From: an uncultured Ilumatobacteraceae bacterium | GTDB lineage: Bacteria; Actinomycetota; Acidimicrobiia; Acidimicrobiales; Ilumatobacteraceae | Length of the DNA stretch: 64,000 bases | Assembly (NCBI GenBank): GCA_965659595.1 | Contig: CBFHWN010000001.1 | Coordinates: 9,139-73,138, forward strand | Direction: 5' to 3' | Shown: in pieces, positions 28,421 through 38,872 of the stretch | Position numbering within the stretch: the first letter of the stretch is position 1 | Layout of the letters: each line of letters begins with the position of its first letter | Notes under the pieces: model-generated | Told to the model about the DNA's origin: nothing | What the model saw: only the letters and a program-made list of their open reading frames with translations | Database searches by the model: none | Made by a program: the position numbers and the translations under genes

Positions 28421-29836
28421 ATGACGTCACTGGCCGAAAACGACAACGTTTCCACTCCGACTGCAGTCTCCTCCATCCCGGGCATCGTGGCCGGAGTGCG
28501 CCACACCTTCGGGAGCCGGGTCACCCGACCGCTGTCGTGGCGTAAGAAGCAGCTCGAGCGCATGATCGCCATGCTCGAAGAGAACGAGTCTGCATTCTCA
28601 GATGCCCTGGCCGCCGATCTCGGCAAGCCGGCCATCGAGGGCTACATCACCGACATCGCATTCGTCATCGGTGAAGTGAAATTGATGTTGAAGAACCTCC
28701 GTCGCTGGAACCGACCCGAGCGCGTGCGCACACCCGTGGTCGCCATGCCGGCATCGTCGAAGCGAATTCCCGAACCACTCGGAGTCGTCCTCGTGATCGC
28801 CCCGTGGAACTATCCGGTTCAGCTTCTGCTCGTTCCGGCCGCCGGCGCGATCGCGGCCGGCAACGCCGTCGTCATGAAGCCCTCCGAAGTGTCGTCGGCG
28901 ACCTCGGCCCTTCTCGCCCGACTCGTTCCGAAGTATCTCGACTCGTCGGCCATCGCTCTCGTCGAAGGGGACGTTCCCGAAACCACGGCCTTGCTCGCTG
29001 AACGCTTCGACCACATTTTCTATACGGGCAACGGAACCGTGGGCCGGGTGGTAATGAGAGCGGCCGCCGAGAACCTGACTCCGGTGACTCTCGAACTCGG
29101 CGGCAAGAGCCCGACCATCGTCCACTCGTCGGCCGATCTCGAGGTGAGCGCCAAACGGATCGCCTGGGGCAAGTGGCTCAATGCCGGACAGACCTGCGTG
29201 GCTCCCGACTACGTCCTCGTCGAAAAAGCCGTCGAAACGGAGTTCGTCGATCACCTCCGGGCGGCCATCACCGAGTTCTACGGAGACGACCCGCGCACGA
29301 GCGGAAGTTTCGGGCGCATCGTGTCGGACCGACACTTCGATCGCCTGACCGCTCTCATAGCGGGGGGCCACGTGATCGTCGGCGGTGACACCGACCGCGC
29401 CGAGCGCTACATCTCTCCCACCGTCGTCGCCGACGTCGACCTATCGTCACCGCTCATGAGCGAAGAGATCTTCGGTCCGATCCTGCCGATCGTGCCGGTC
29501 GACTCGATTCGCGACGCCATCGCATTCGTCAACTCCAGGCCGCATCCACTCGCTCTCTACGTGTTCGCCGAAAAGAAGTCGGTAGTCGACGAAGTACTCA
29601 CCCACACGACCGCCGGTGGTGTCACGGTCAATGGAACTCTCATGCATCTCACGAGTCCGTATCTGCCCTTCGGCGGAATCGGTGAAAGCGGTATGGGCGC
29701 TTATCACGGTGAAACCGGAGTACGGATCTTCCAGCACCGCAAGCCAGTTCTCTCCCGCAGCACCAAAGTCGATCCATCACTCGCCTATCCCCCCTACACC
29801 GAGCGCAAGGCCAAGATCTTCCGGAAGGTTCTCTGA
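28421..29836 (+). CDS. Aldehyde dehydrogenase (ALDH3-like)
   Basis: ELGGKSP (general-base Glu), [11 protein letters not shown] (catalytic Cys) and [11 protein letters not shown] chose the ATG at 28421 over the TTG at 28409. Confidence 0.9.
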   Translation: MTSLAENDNVSTPTAVSSIPGIVAGVRHTFGSRVTRPLSWRKKQLERMIAMLEENESAFSDALAADLGKPAIEGYITDIAFVIGEVKLMLKNLRRWNRPERVRTPVVAMPASSKRIPEPLGVVLVIAPWNYPVQLLLVPAAGAIAAGNAVVMKPSEVSSATSALLARLVPKYLDSSAIALVEGDVPETTALLAERFDHIFYTGNGTVGRVVMRAAAENLTPVTLELGGKSPTIVHSSADLEVSAKRIAWGKWLNAGQTCVAPDYVLVEKAVETEFVDHLRAAITEFYGDDPRTSGSFGRIVSDRHFDRLTALIAGGHVIVGGDTDRAERYISPTVVADVDLSSPLMSEEIFGPILPIVPVDSIRDAIAFVNSRPHPLALYVFAEKKSVVDEVLTHTTAGGVTVNGTLMHLTSPYLPFGGIGESGMGAYHGETGVRIFQHRKPVLSRSTKVDPSLAYPPYTERKAKIFRKVL

Positions 29837-29837
29837 C

Positions 29838-30182
29838 ATGGACGTCGTCAACACCGTCCTCAGCATCCTTCTCGCCTTCTTCTGCGCAACGTCGGCCCTC
29901 GCCGACTTCCGCGGCGTTCCACAGATCCTGCAGACGATGGAGCGGTTACGCATGCCGGTTCGTCTCGTGCCGGCTCTCGGAGTGGCCAAACTGGCCGCGT
30001 CGGGTGGCCTTCTCGTCGGACTCGGCATCGAACGGCTCGGCACTTTCACCGCACTCTGTCTGTCGATCTATTTCGTGCTCGCCGTCGGCGCCCACCTTCG
30101 AGTGAGAGATGCTGTCACCGAGACGATTCCAGCCCTCGTGATGCTCGGTCTGAGCGTCGCCACCTTTGCGACCTCGATCTGA
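29838..30182 (+). CDS. DoxX-family small membrane protein
   Basis: 114 aa with four hydrophobic helices. The ATG follows 1 nt after the ALDH TGA. Confidence 0.7.
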   Translation: MDVVNTVLSILLAFFCATSALADFRGVPQILQTMERLRMPVRLVPALGVAKLAASGGLLVGLGIERLGTFTALCLSIYFVLAVGAHLRVRDAVTETIPALVMLGLSVATFATSI

Positions 30183-30188
30183 CCCGAG

Positions 30189-30629
30189 TCAGGCCGACGG
30201 CACCTCGGTGGTGCCACCGCTCATGATGTACTCGATCCACCACGACGGGGCGTTGTCGAGCAGATTTCCGAGATGCGAGTAGTCGTGCCACCGACGGATC
30301 AAACCATCACGAACTTCCATGACCGATGTGAAGGGGTGAACGATGACCTCGCCGGTCGGAAAATGCCATTCCTCTTTGTGCTCGGTGATCACCACGTCGC
30401 CGTCGGCCAACACGAGTCCGGGCACGTGGACCATCTTGGCGGTCGGACCGAGGCCCAGTTCGAGACGCTCGGCGATGGCACGGCCACCCACCACTGGAGG
30501 CACGGCTCCGACATCCATGTACTCGGCGTCGTCGGCGAATTGCCCGGCGACTCCGCTCCAGTCCTTGGCGTACATCATCTCCCAGTGGCGTTCGACGACA
30601 CGTCGATTGGCGTCGGCAGATGAACTCAT
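30189..30629 (-). CDS. NTF2/SnoaL-like protein (limonene-1,2-epoxide-hydrolase-like)
   Basis: 146 aa from the internal ATG 30629, which makes an ATGA overlap with the TetR stop. The N-terminal NRRVVERHWEMMYAKDW pattern is family-typical. Confidence 0.7.
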   Translation of the reverse strand: MSSSADANRRVVERHWEMMYAKDWSGVAGQFADDAEYMDVGAVPPVVGGRAIAERLELGLGPTAKMVHVPGLVLADGDVVITEHKEEWHFPTGEVIVHPFTSVMEVRDGLIRRWHDYSHLGNLLDNAPSWWIEYIMSGGTTEVPSA

Positions 30630-31261
30630 GACTTTCCCTTCTTCGGCGACAGGAGATGACGCAGGGTTTCGATGGCGACGTCGACCCAATGGTTGTCGGC
30701 ATCGGGTTCGCCGCCCACGTCGACGAGAACCCGTCCAACCAGGATCGACTGAACGAAATAGGCGATTCCGGTCAAGTCACCTCGAGGCGCAATGACGCCC
30801 CGATCACGAAGCATGCCGAGCGTCTCGGCCAAGTGGGCCGTTCCTCGGACTTGCTGCTCCTGCAGACTGGAAGCGAGCGCCGGGATGCTGTCGGCAGCCA
30901 CGAGCGACGACAGGCGACGGAGGCGCCGCTCCTGTCCGGCTTCGTCGCCGTCGATTCGCATGGCGAATTCGATAACCCCCAGAACCTCGTCGAAGTCGTT
31001 GGCTTCGAGAAGATACTTCCGCATGCCCCGAAGTTCCGAGGCTTGACTCTCGACCCAGTGCTCGAGCTCGATCGTGGCGATCAGGCCGGCCCGACTTCCG
31101 AAGTGGTGGTACACCGAACTGCGCGCGACACCCGACGATTCGATGACTCGGTCGAGGTTGAAGCGAACCGGGCCGATCGCCTCGAGTTCGGCACGAGCGA
31201 ATTGGAGCACGATTTCGATCGTGGCGAGGCCGTCGGATCTCTTGCGCAGCGGCTCCCCCAT
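30626..31261 (-). CDS. TetR/AcrR-family transcriptional regulator
   Basis: N-terminal HTH block FNLDRVIESSGVARSSVYHHFGSRAGL, with a helical C-terminal ligand domain. Confidence 0.85.
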   Translation of the reverse strand: MGEPLRKRSDGLATIEIVLQFARAELEAIGPVRFNLDRVIESSGVARSSVYHHFGSRAGLIATIELEHWVESQASELRGMRKYLLEANDFDEVLGVIEFAMRIDGDEAGQERRLRRLSSLVAADSIPALASSLQEQQVRGTAHLAETLGMLRDRGVIAPRGDLTGIAYFVQSILVGRVLVDVGGEPDADNHWVDVAIETLRHLLSPKKGKS

Positions 31262-31285
31262 CGATTCGAGGTTAGATCGGATCGG

Positions 31286-33598
31286 TCAGCTGACAGAACC
31301 CCGGCCCCGAATGCGGTGCTCACCGGGGCCCACGAGGTTTTCGACTCCCTCGATGACAACTGTTGCTCGAACCGGGGTCGATACCTCGATTCCGTCGGCG
31401 TCGACACGTACCTCGATCCGACCGGCGGGCGTGGGACACGATCCTTCGGCCCACTCCAAGGATCCGAGAGATGGCTCGATACGCACCGACGCGAAGCCAG
31501 GTTCGTCGGGAACGATGCCAAGGACGTGCTGGATCACGTCGCGTGTCGGAGTGCTCGACCAGCCGTGACAACGCGTTCCTCCGTACCACGTCTCACCGAA
31601 CGAGGTCGCGCAACGGGCGAGGAGATCTTCCCAATCGAGCAACAAGTCCGGCAGCAAGTCGGATCGGCCGGCGTCGGCGAGAGCATCGTGCACCACGTAC
31701 CGAAAGAACGGTTGGGCGCGCACGATCTGACGTTCGGTGTCCCACCAGGGTTCGGGATGGCCCGTGTAGAGGTACACGCCACCGAGTTCGGTTTCGGTGC
31801 CGGGATCACTCGGGCCATCCGCTCGAGCGAAGGCGGCGTGGACGAGATGTTCGTCGTCGGTCACGACCTCGACCAGACGGCTCCAACGTTCACGAGGCGC
31901 GAGCCGGCCGACGATTGCCGAACTCTGCGCGTGCTGAGACGCCATCGGCAACCGACGATCGCCGATCACACTGTCGACGTAGAGACGTCTTTCCGGATCC
32001 CAGAATCGTTCGAAAGCCTCGACGAGACGGGCGTGACGACCGCGTGCCCACGCCGAGCGACCGGTGTCGCCCAGCCATTCGCTCATCTCGGCGAACTCGA
32101 GGAGTGAACGACCCCACAATCCGGCGATTGTGGAGTTCGCGCCGTCGCTGTGCACGGAACTCCAGTCGATGAGGACCCAACCCGGCATCTCGACCGGAAG
32201 TCCGGTCCGATCGGTGCGATCGTTGAACCAGCGCAACACTCCCTCGACGACCGGCAGGAGACCACGGATCTCATCTCGGTCCCCGCAGTGCCGATACAGG
32301 TTGTGTACAGAATGAATCCAGTGGAGTGCCCAATCGGGAACGATCGACATGTCGTCGTGTTCGATCTCGCCGGCCACCGACATGGGAATCATCCCGTCGG
32401 CCCGCGGCGACGCCGCCAGAATCGGATGCCAGCGTGCCAACGACCAGTCGTCGTTCGTCGTCAAGTCGACGAGTTGATGAACCACCGAGTCGCCCGTCCA
32501 GGCCCGCTGCTCACGGGTCGGACAGTCGACGTAGGAGTCGAGCGAGCTGATCGACACGGTACGACGGCCGACCTCGACGATGCGGTCGAGTCGTGAATCG
32601 GACGAACGGAACGAGTGCTCCCCTGCCACTGGGTGCAATCGCTCGACGATCGACACTGCGTGCACCGTCACGTCGTCATTCGCTCCCGACACACGAACGC
32701 CGTGCAGGCCGAACAAATCGACCGATTCGATCGTTCGACTCGTGCCATCGAGCACGATGAACAACGACGAGTCGTAGGCCTCGTCGGCCGGACGGTCGTC
32801 GTCGAGTCGTTCGGCACCGTGCAGTTGCACGATCGCTCCGGCTGGCCCCTCGACCTCGACGAGAAGAGTGCCGACCACGATGCGATCGGCCACGAACTCC
32901 CCGGGTCGAATTTCACGAAGTGGGATCACGGTGGGGTGCGGGCGAGACGTCGGCCGACCGGCCCAGGGACCCACCGGGTATGTGGGTGGCACTTTTCGTC
33001 CTGATCCACCGAAGACCGTAGCCCGTTGTTCCCGAACCAGCGGCCAGGAGGCCGACTGGTCGTCGGTTTTCCAACTCTCCGGGAGTGAACGAAGGTCGAT
33101 CAGTTCGTCACCTCGCTTCAGCAGACTGAAACTCGGCATCGCCGACCAGCCGCGCAAGATGGTTCCCGACCACGAGCCGTCCGAGACGACGATCCGGCCG
33201 TCACCCAGATGCGCTTCGAAGACGATGGCACCAGTTCGAAGATCGACCGATGGAGGGAGCGGCATCGACCAGGCCGTGGCATCCACGTCGGCCGTGGCAA
33301 GAACCGCGATCTCGTTACGTCCGACACGAAGGTACGGCGCGATGTCGGCGTCGTCCCACCGCATCCGGCGCGGGTTCACACGTACCGGACCCCGGCCGAC
33401 TTCGTGTCCGTTCACGTACCAAGTGGCCCGACCGATGACCGCCAAGCGGGCGGATACCACCGACGGAACCTCGTCGAGGTCGAACGACGTGCGGAACGCC
33501 GCGGTCCGACGCTGCGTCTCGTGTTCCCAGTCGGTGGACCGGTGCGGCCAGATCCACCGAGCGGACCAACGTCCGTCGGGGAAGTCGAGTTCGGGCAC
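31286..33598 (-). CDS. GH78-like alpha-L-rhamnosidase / six-hairpin glycosidase family protein
   Basis: 770 aa. The N-terminal W..RWIWP...ARLAVIGRATWYVNGHEVG resembles the rhamnosidase N-domain, and a large C-terminal (alpha/alpha)6-like region follows. Confidence 0.72.
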   Translation of the reverse strand: MPELDFPDGRWSARWIWPHRSTDWEHETQRRTAAFRTSFDLDEVPSVVSARLAVIGRATWYVNGHEVGRGPVRVNPRRMRWDDADIAPYLRVGRNEIAVLATADVDATAWSMPLPPSVDLRTGAIVFEAHLGDGRIVVSDGSWSGTILRGWSAMPSFSLLKRGDELIDLRSLPESWKTDDQSASWPLVREQRATVFGGSGRKVPPTYPVGPWAGRPTSRPHPTVIPLREIRPGEFVADRIVVGTLLVEVEGPAGAIVQLHGAERLDDDRPADEAYDSSLFIVLDGTSRTIESVDLFGLHGVRVSGANDDVTVHAVSIVERLHPVAGEHSFRSSDSRLDRIVEVGRRTVSISSLDSYVDCPTREQRAWTGDSVVHQLVDLTTNDDWSLARWHPILAASPRADGMIPMSVAGEIEHDDMSIVPDWALHWIHSVHNLYRHCGDRDEIRGLLPVVEGVLRWFNDRTDRTGLPVEMPGWVLIDWSSVHSDGANSTIAGLWGRSLLEFAEMSEWLGDTGRSAWARGRHARLVEAFERFWDPERRLYVDSVIGDRRLPMASQHAQSSAIVGRLAPRERWSRLVEVVTDDEHLVHAAFARADGPSDPGTETELGGVYLYTGHPEPWWDTERQIVRAQPFFRYVVHDALADAGRSDLLPDLLLDWEDLLARCATSFGETWYGGTRCHGWSSTPTRDVIQHVLGIVPDEPGFASVRIEPSLGSLEWAEGSCPTPAGRIEVRVDADGIEVSTPVRATVVIEGVENLVGPGEHRIRGRGSVS

Positions 33599-33604
33599 CA
33601 GTCA

Positions 33605-34063
33605 CTACTTCTCGGCGGCCTGCACGAAGTTGTCGAGGGTGACTTCCATGTTGCGACGGTTGTGACTCGCCCGGTCGGCGACACCACTCACGACCTTGCC
33701 CAGCTTCGACGAGAAGCCACTGCGATGATCGATCCACGAATGCGTCACCCGGCAACCGGTGGCCGTCGGCTCGACTTCGTACACCCAATCGCACCAGTTT
33801 TTGCCGAACACCACGAGTCCGAACGAGAACTTTCGCGGCGGGTCGAAGGCGTTGACTTTCACGACGGTCGACCACGACTTCTTGCCGTTCGAGTTGCGTC
33901 CTTTGAAGTTCGCACCGACGGCCGGCCCGGTGGCGCCTTTCACCCATTCGCCGCCCTTGTTCTCGGGTGACCATTCACCCATACGCGGCAGATCGGTAAC
34001 GAGTGCCCACACCTTGTCGGCTGACGCAGCGATGTCACGAGATACGGAGACGGCATCGCTCAT
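33605..34063 (-). CDS. SRPBCC (START/polyketide-cyclase-like) family protein
   Basis: About 152 aa with the family-typical SRDIAASADKVWALVTDLPRMGEWSPE. The start is either ATG 34063 or GTG 34075. Confidence 0.8.
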   Translation of the reverse strand: MSDAVSVSRDIAASADKVWALVTDLPRMGEWSPENKGGEWVKGATGPAVGANFKGRNSNGKKSWSTVVKVNAFDPPRKFSFGLVVFGKNWCDWVYEVEPTATGCRVTHSWIDHRSGFSSKLGKVVSGVADRASHNRRNMEVTLDNFVQAAEK

Positions 34064-34067
34064 GGTG

Positions 34068-35804
34068 TCACTCACCCACCAGTTCCTTGCGGAGTTCGCG
34101 TTTCAGGAATTTGCCGCTCGCATTACGCGGAATGGGCTCGTCACGGAACCAGATCTTCGACGGGATCTTGTGCTTGGCGAGCGATACGGCGAGGAAGGAG
34201 CGCAATTCGTCGTCGGACACCGACTTGCCCGGTGCCAGCACGATGCAGGCCGCCACTTCTTCACCGAGACGCTCGTCGGGGATGCCGAACACTGCGGCCT
34301 CGCCGATGGCATCGTGCCGATAGATGGCGGCTTCGACTTCTGAGCAGTAGACGTTCTCCCCACCGCGAATCACCATGTCCTTCGCCCGATCGACGATGTA
34401 CACGAACCCGTCCTGGTCGATGCGCGCAATGTCTCCGGTGTTGAGCCAGCCGTCCTTGATCGACTCGGCCGTCGCTTCAGGCCGGTTGAGGTAGCCCTTG
34501 ATGACGATCGAACCCTTGACACACAAGATGCCGGTCAGGTTGGGATCGCGGGGCAGATCGTTGCCCTCCTCGTCGACGAGCTTGGCCTCGAGGGTGGGAA
34601 CGACCGGTCCGCACGACGACGGCTTCGTGGTGTACCAGAGCGACGTGTTGGCGGTGATGATGCCGTGCGTCTCGGTCATGCCATAGCCGGTGGTGGGCGT
34701 ACCCGACTCGAGTTCCTTGTCGATCTTCTCGACGAGGTCGGGCTGGACAGCCGCGCCACCACCACTGATAGCGCCGAGTGACGACACGTCGCGCTTCTTC
34801 CAGTCGGGATGCATGATGAGTTCTCGACCCATCGTGGGAACCCCGGAGAAGTTGGTGGCCTTCTCACGTTCGATGAGCTCGATGGCACGGGCCGGATCCC
34901 ACTTGTACATGAGGACGACGGCACCGCCGACGAGTGTGGCCGGATGCAGGATGCAGTTGCAGGCGGTCACGTGGAAGAGAGGTGTGGGCGCCATGAACAC
35001 CGGGGAGAGAGCCGGCGGAGACGGCGGTGCTTCGGCAAGATCGCCAGCCGCAAGGGCCTTGGCGATACCCGCCGACGCCGCGCCGGTCATGGCGGCGATG
35101 TTCATGACGTTGTCGACCGAGCCGCGGTGATGCAGCTGAGCACCCTTCGGAAAGCCCGTGGTGCCCGAGGTGTAGAAGATCGTGGCATCGTCGTCGGGAT
35201 CGATCTCGACCGGCGGCAACACACCCGGATCGGCCGTGGCCATGATGTCGGTCCAGCGGAATCCGCCGGCCGGAACCGGCCGGTCGGTGCGTACCGTGAT
35301 CACCGGAACATCGAACGTCGTCGGCATCTGTCCGAAGCGCTCGAGCCGCTCGTCGTCGACGATGAGCATCTTGGGCTGGCTGTCGTTGAGTGCGTATTCC
35401 ATTTCGACCGGCGTCCACCAGGCGTTCATGCCGACACATGCCACGCCGATCGACACACACGTCCAGTAGGTGACGACCCACTCGGGATAGTTGCGGGTGG
35501 AGATCGCCACGCGGTCGCCGCGCTGCACGCCGTTGTCGGCCAGGAACTGCGCGAGTTTGCGCACCTGAGCGTGAATCTCGGTGTACGTGTACGACTCGTC
35601 CTCGTACACCACGTACTTCTTGTCACCGTGGGCGGCGGTCATCTCCCAGACCACTCGCATGTTGGGCGGAGCCCCGGCGAAGGTCTTGACCTCCACACCT
35701 CTCACGGTGGTGGTGGTGACGGCGAACGGAGAGCCGGGGCCCTCCAGTTCCTGACGGGCGGCGATGTAATGGTCGATCACGCCTCTCATCGTGGCCGATG
35801 ACAC
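34068..35804 (-). CDS. AMP-dependent acyl-CoA synthetase
   Basis: FYTSGTTGFPKGAQLHH, TGDIARIDQDGF and C-terminal PRNASGKFLKR. Confidence 0.9.
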   Translation of the reverse strand: MSSATMRGVIDHYIAARQELEGPGSPFAVTTTTVRGVEVKTFAGAPPNMRVVWEMTAAHGDKKYVVYEDESYTYTEIHAQVRKLAQFLADNGVQRGDRVAISTRNYPEWVVTYWTCVSIGVACVGMNAWWTPVEMEYALNDSQPKMLIVDDERLERFGQMPTTFDVPVITVRTDRPVPAGGFRWTDIMATADPGVLPPVEIDPDDDATIFYTSGTTGFPKGAQLHHRGSVDNVMNIAAMTGAASAGIAKALAAGDLAEAPPSPPALSPVFMAPTPLFHVTACNCILHPATLVGGAVVLMYKWDPARAIELIEREKATNFSGVPTMGRELIMHPDWKKRDVSSLGAISGGGAAVQPDLVEKIDKELESGTPTTGYGMTETHGIITANTSLWYTTKPSSCGPVVPTLEAKLVDEEGNDLPRDPNLTGILCVKGSIVIKGYLNRPEATAESIKDGWLNTGDIARIDQDGFVYIVDRAKDMVIRGGENVYCSEVEAAIYRHDAIGEAAVFGIPDERLGEEVAACIVLAPGKSVSDDELRSFLAVSLAKHKIPSKIWFRDEPIPRNASGKFLKRELRKELVGE

Positions 35805-35853
35805 ACGTACCCAGCAACGTGAGCCCGCCTTTTCGGAGGACGTTTCCCTGGCC

Positions 35854-37581
35854 TCACCGAGATTCGAGTGCTGCGACCGACTCGACTCGCCAGCCCCGCC
35901 CTGACAACCCGTCGTCCAGCCAGCGCCGCAGGGCCAAGGTGGCTTTCACGTCGTCGGCGTTGTACCGCAGAAGTTTGTCGGCCATCGCCTCTCGATCGGG
36001 GTGATCAGGGTCGCAGGCGATGCGGTACCAGAGGATGGAGTTGGCACCGCCGGCGTCCTCGGCGTCCCAGGCGAACCCCGACAGTGGGGCGAGGTCCTTG
36101 AGGCCGAGCCGACGCGTGGGCCAGTGGAATCGCTTGGCGAGGTCGTGCATGTCGACCCACCAGTCGTTCGCGACCAGAGCACCGATCTGGTCCACTGACG
36201 GAACACCTGGGGCACCATTGGCCCGAGCCGAGGCTTCTTTCATCCGCGGAATCTCGGCGAAGCCGCCCGAATAGCAGTAGACCGCAATGGTTCGCCCCTC
36301 GCTCTCGACACGCTCGACTGTCAGATGCAGCCAGGTCCAGAAGTCGGCGAGTAGTCGGGCCTCGACCTGCGAGTCGGTGCGGTCGTACGAGTGGAACGAG
36401 AGATACTCGCCATCGGTCCAGTGACCATCGGTCGTGCGCTCACTGATCCAACAGCCGTACATGTAGACGATGTCGTCGTTCTCGATATCGAAATCGATCT
36501 CGACGTCGGCGCGTGGCATCACCACCCGCTCGGCGTGACGCTTCAGATAGGGACGGCCGTCGTCGCGCAGGAAAACCCGGGCGGTGTCGATGTGGGTGGC
36601 GAGTTGGGAATAAGTGGGTACCGGATTGTGGTCGAGGTGCACCGGGTCGAGCGCGGCCAACTGCGGAATGGTCTCGATTCCCCCTTCGGCCAATTTGCGA
36701 ACGGCGAGAACGCCGACTCCTTGCAACAGCGACACGTGCTGTTCGGCGACGAGTTCGGACTCGCACACGTCGTGCCAGCGGCACGTCTTGCACTCGTCGC
36801 GATACACGGGCCGGGTGTGCGGTCGGTCGTCGTTGCGAATGGCGAGGACGGCCGCCCAACGCGCCGTCCACTCGGCAGTTGCCTGGGCGAGAAGCGAGTC
36901 CTTGCCCTCGTCGAGCAACCGCCAGGTGACACCCAGACCGCCACCGTCGGGACCGGGGTTGATGGTGCCCCCGACGGGCGGGATCTCGGGCGCGTACCCG
37001 AGGTCGACCAACATCAGCCAGTAGTGCGCGAGTTGCAGACCGTGATCGGACTTCGCCTTTCCCGGTCCGAGCTCGGTGGGAGCGGCCGCTTCGAACCACG
37101 GTTCGGCGAGCGACGACACGGGCCAGGGTCGGGGTTTGGCCGACCCTTCGAGTGGTTTGGAGTTCTTCACGTCGACCGGCAGATAGGCCCACTTGCCATT
37201 GTCCATCTTCTGGTCGCCGAAGCGAACGAGGACGTCGGGACGACCGCCTCGATGTTCGATCACCGGCAGCGACGCACCGATGATCAGACGATCGCCGCGG
37301 ATCATGGCCGCCACCGTGGCCTCGTCGACGTCGTCGAACAGTCGCATCGACGACACACCGTGAAGCCGTGACAACTCGTCGAAGACCTCCGATTCGAAGT
37401 CAAGACCCTCGTCGAAGCGCATCTGCTGCTGATCGTCGACCGGAAGGAGAGCGAGGCCGTCGTAACGCTCGTTGCGGTCGTTGACCTCGCGATGAGCGCA
37501 CCCCACCACGAAACGCGAACCTCCGAGGTCGGAAGCCTCGAGAGCCGAGGAATCGAAGTGGTCAGCGGACGACGAGGCCAT
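35854..37581 (-). CDS. RecB-like nuclease (Cas4-type PD-(D/E)XK with Fe-S Cys cluster) fused to an RNase-H-like (YprB/DEDD-type) exonuclease domain; TM0106-family architecture
   Basis: N-terminal half: GGRPDVLV (Asp), PVDVKNSK (D-x-K), QLAHYW (QxxxY), CKTCRWHDVC (C-x2-C-x5-C) and an N-terminal Cys (VVGCAH). C-terminal half: EIDFDIEND (DxE), YCYSGGFAE and YNADDVKAT. Confidence 0.8.
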   Translation of the reverse strand: MASSSADHFDSSALEASDLGGSRFVVGCAHREVNDRNERYDGLALLPVDDQQQMRFDEGLDFESEVFDELSRLHGVSSMRLFDDVDEATVAAMIRGDRLIIGASLPVIEHRGGRPDVLVRFGDQKMDNGKWAYLPVDVKNSKPLEGSAKPRPWPVSSLAEPWFEAAAPTELGPGKAKSDHGLQLAHYWLMLVDLGYAPEIPPVGGTINPGPDGGGLGVTWRLLDEGKDSLLAQATAEWTARWAAVLAIRNDDRPHTRPVYRDECKTCRWHDVCESELVAEQHVSLLQGVGVLAVRKLAEGGIETIPQLAALDPVHLDHNPVPTYSQLATHIDTARVFLRDDGRPYLKRHAERVVMPRADVEIDFDIENDDIVYMYGCWISERTTDGHWTDGEYLSFHSYDRTDSQVEARLLADFWTWLHLTVERVESEGRTIAVYCYSGGFAEIPRMKEASARANGAPGVPSVDQIGALVANDWWVDMHDLAKRFHWPTRRLGLKDLAPLSGFAWDAEDAGGANSILWYRIACDPDHPDREAMADKLLRYNADDVKATLALRRWLDDGLSGRGWRVESVAALESR

Positions 37582-38872
37582 GATCTTCGTGATACTTCCA
37601 GAACTTGGTGTGCTGGGCGTGACCGCGCCCCACCACGTCGTCGCGTCCGAGTGCTTGATCGGCCGCTGGCAAGTGGGAGTCGAGTGTGTGACCCACGCCG
37701 TCTCGAGTGACGAAGAAGCAGGCCGAGCGATGTCGAGATGCCATCACGCACAGTCGGCCGGTCTCGAGATCGAACGAACTCGGTACGAGAACTCCCGACA
37801 GCGGATGCACGGCGATCATGACAGGACGTTGCAGACCCTGCCACCGTTCGGGTGTGGTCACCCGAATCCCATCGGACCCCACGAGACGCGACGGCAGAGC
37901 TCGCTCGATGGCCGAATTCATGAGATTGTGCGTCGACGAGATACCGATGTGACCCGGTGCGAGCGGGCGCGCAGCGTCGCGCTCGTGAGACTCGGACGAG
38001 AACACGCACTGCAGATCGATGAGTCGCTCGGCGAGGTGAGCCACCAGTTCGGCGAGTTCGGTGTCGGGGTCGACGGCAGCACCCGATGTGTCGGTGGGAT
38101 GCGTGAGCACGACCGTCGACGACTCCTGGATCGCTCCGACGGCCCGGTCGACGGAGGAGTCGGGATCGAGCGGACGCATCGGGCGCAGGAATCGCTCCCC
38201 CGGCTCAGCCTTCGCTTCGAAGTGAAAGTCGTAAAAGTTGCGCACGAGTCCCACCGAATCGTGGGGAAGTCGCCAACAGGTGTCGAGATGCAGTTCAGTG
38301 GTGATGGCTCGTAATTCAGGATTGGAGAGAATGACGTCGGGTGCCGGTCGGTGCGGCGCCACCGGTGACACCTCCCAGCGGTCGACGTCGACCGACACGA
38401 CCGGCGGGATCTGACCCGGATCGCCGATGAGGACGAAACGCGCTGCGACATCGCGCAAGGTGAGAAGGTCGGCCCAGGTCATCTGCCACCCTTCGTCGAC
38501 GAACACCACGTCGTACGACTGGTCGTCGTCGGTGATGGCCCATTTCGACACCGTGGCCACCACGATGGAGGGGCCGGCTGGTAGAGCGTCGCGATCGGAG
38601 ATCACGATCACGTTGGGAGGCAGTTCACCGCGATAGCGAGACGACGAAAAGCGCACGATCTCGACCTGCGGGTACGTCTCGGCGATCTGTTCACACAGGT
38701 CGTCGACCTGGTTGTTGGTCTGAGCGGCTACGACCACTCGAAGTTCGGAATCGATGACGACCGCCAACGATTGCACGAGGTTGAACGACTTGCCCGAGCC
38801 GGGAGGCGCCTTCACCACACACAGGCGCCGGTCGGACACGAGGAACGACCGGAGGTCGTCGACAACGCTCAT
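37562..38872 (-). CDS. Compact SF1 helicase / AAA ATPase (DNA2/Upf1/RecD-like)
   Basis: 436 aa from ATG 38872. Walker A KAPPGSGKS, motif Ia VVAAQTNNQVD, Walker B VVFVDEGWQ, motif III LIGDPGQIPP, motif V/VI-like TTPERWQGLQRPVMI and RLCVMASRHR. It has an ATGA overlap with the upstream gene and a 20-nt overlap with the downstream gene. Confidence 0.8.
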   Translation of the reverse strand: MSVVDDLRSFLVSDRRLCVVKAPPGSGKSFNLVQSLAVVIDSELRVVVAAQTNNQVDDLCEQIAETYPQVEIVRFSSSRYRGELPPNVIVISDRDALPAGPSIVVATVSKWAITDDDQSYDVVFVDEGWQMTWADLLTLRDVAARFVLIGDPGQIPPVVSVDVDRWEVSPVAPHRPAPDVILSNPELRAITTELHLDTCWRLPHDSVGLVRNFYDFHFEAKAEPGERFLRPMRPLDPDSSVDRAVGAIQESSTVVLTHPTDTSGAAVDPDTELAELVAHLAERLIDLQCVFSSESHERDAARPLAPGHIGISSTHNLMNSAIERALPSRLVGSDGIRVTTPERWQGLQRPVMIAVHPLSGVLVPSSFDLETGRLCVMASRHRSACFFVTRDGVGHTLDSHLPAADQALGRDDVVGRGHAQHTKFWKYHEDHGLVVR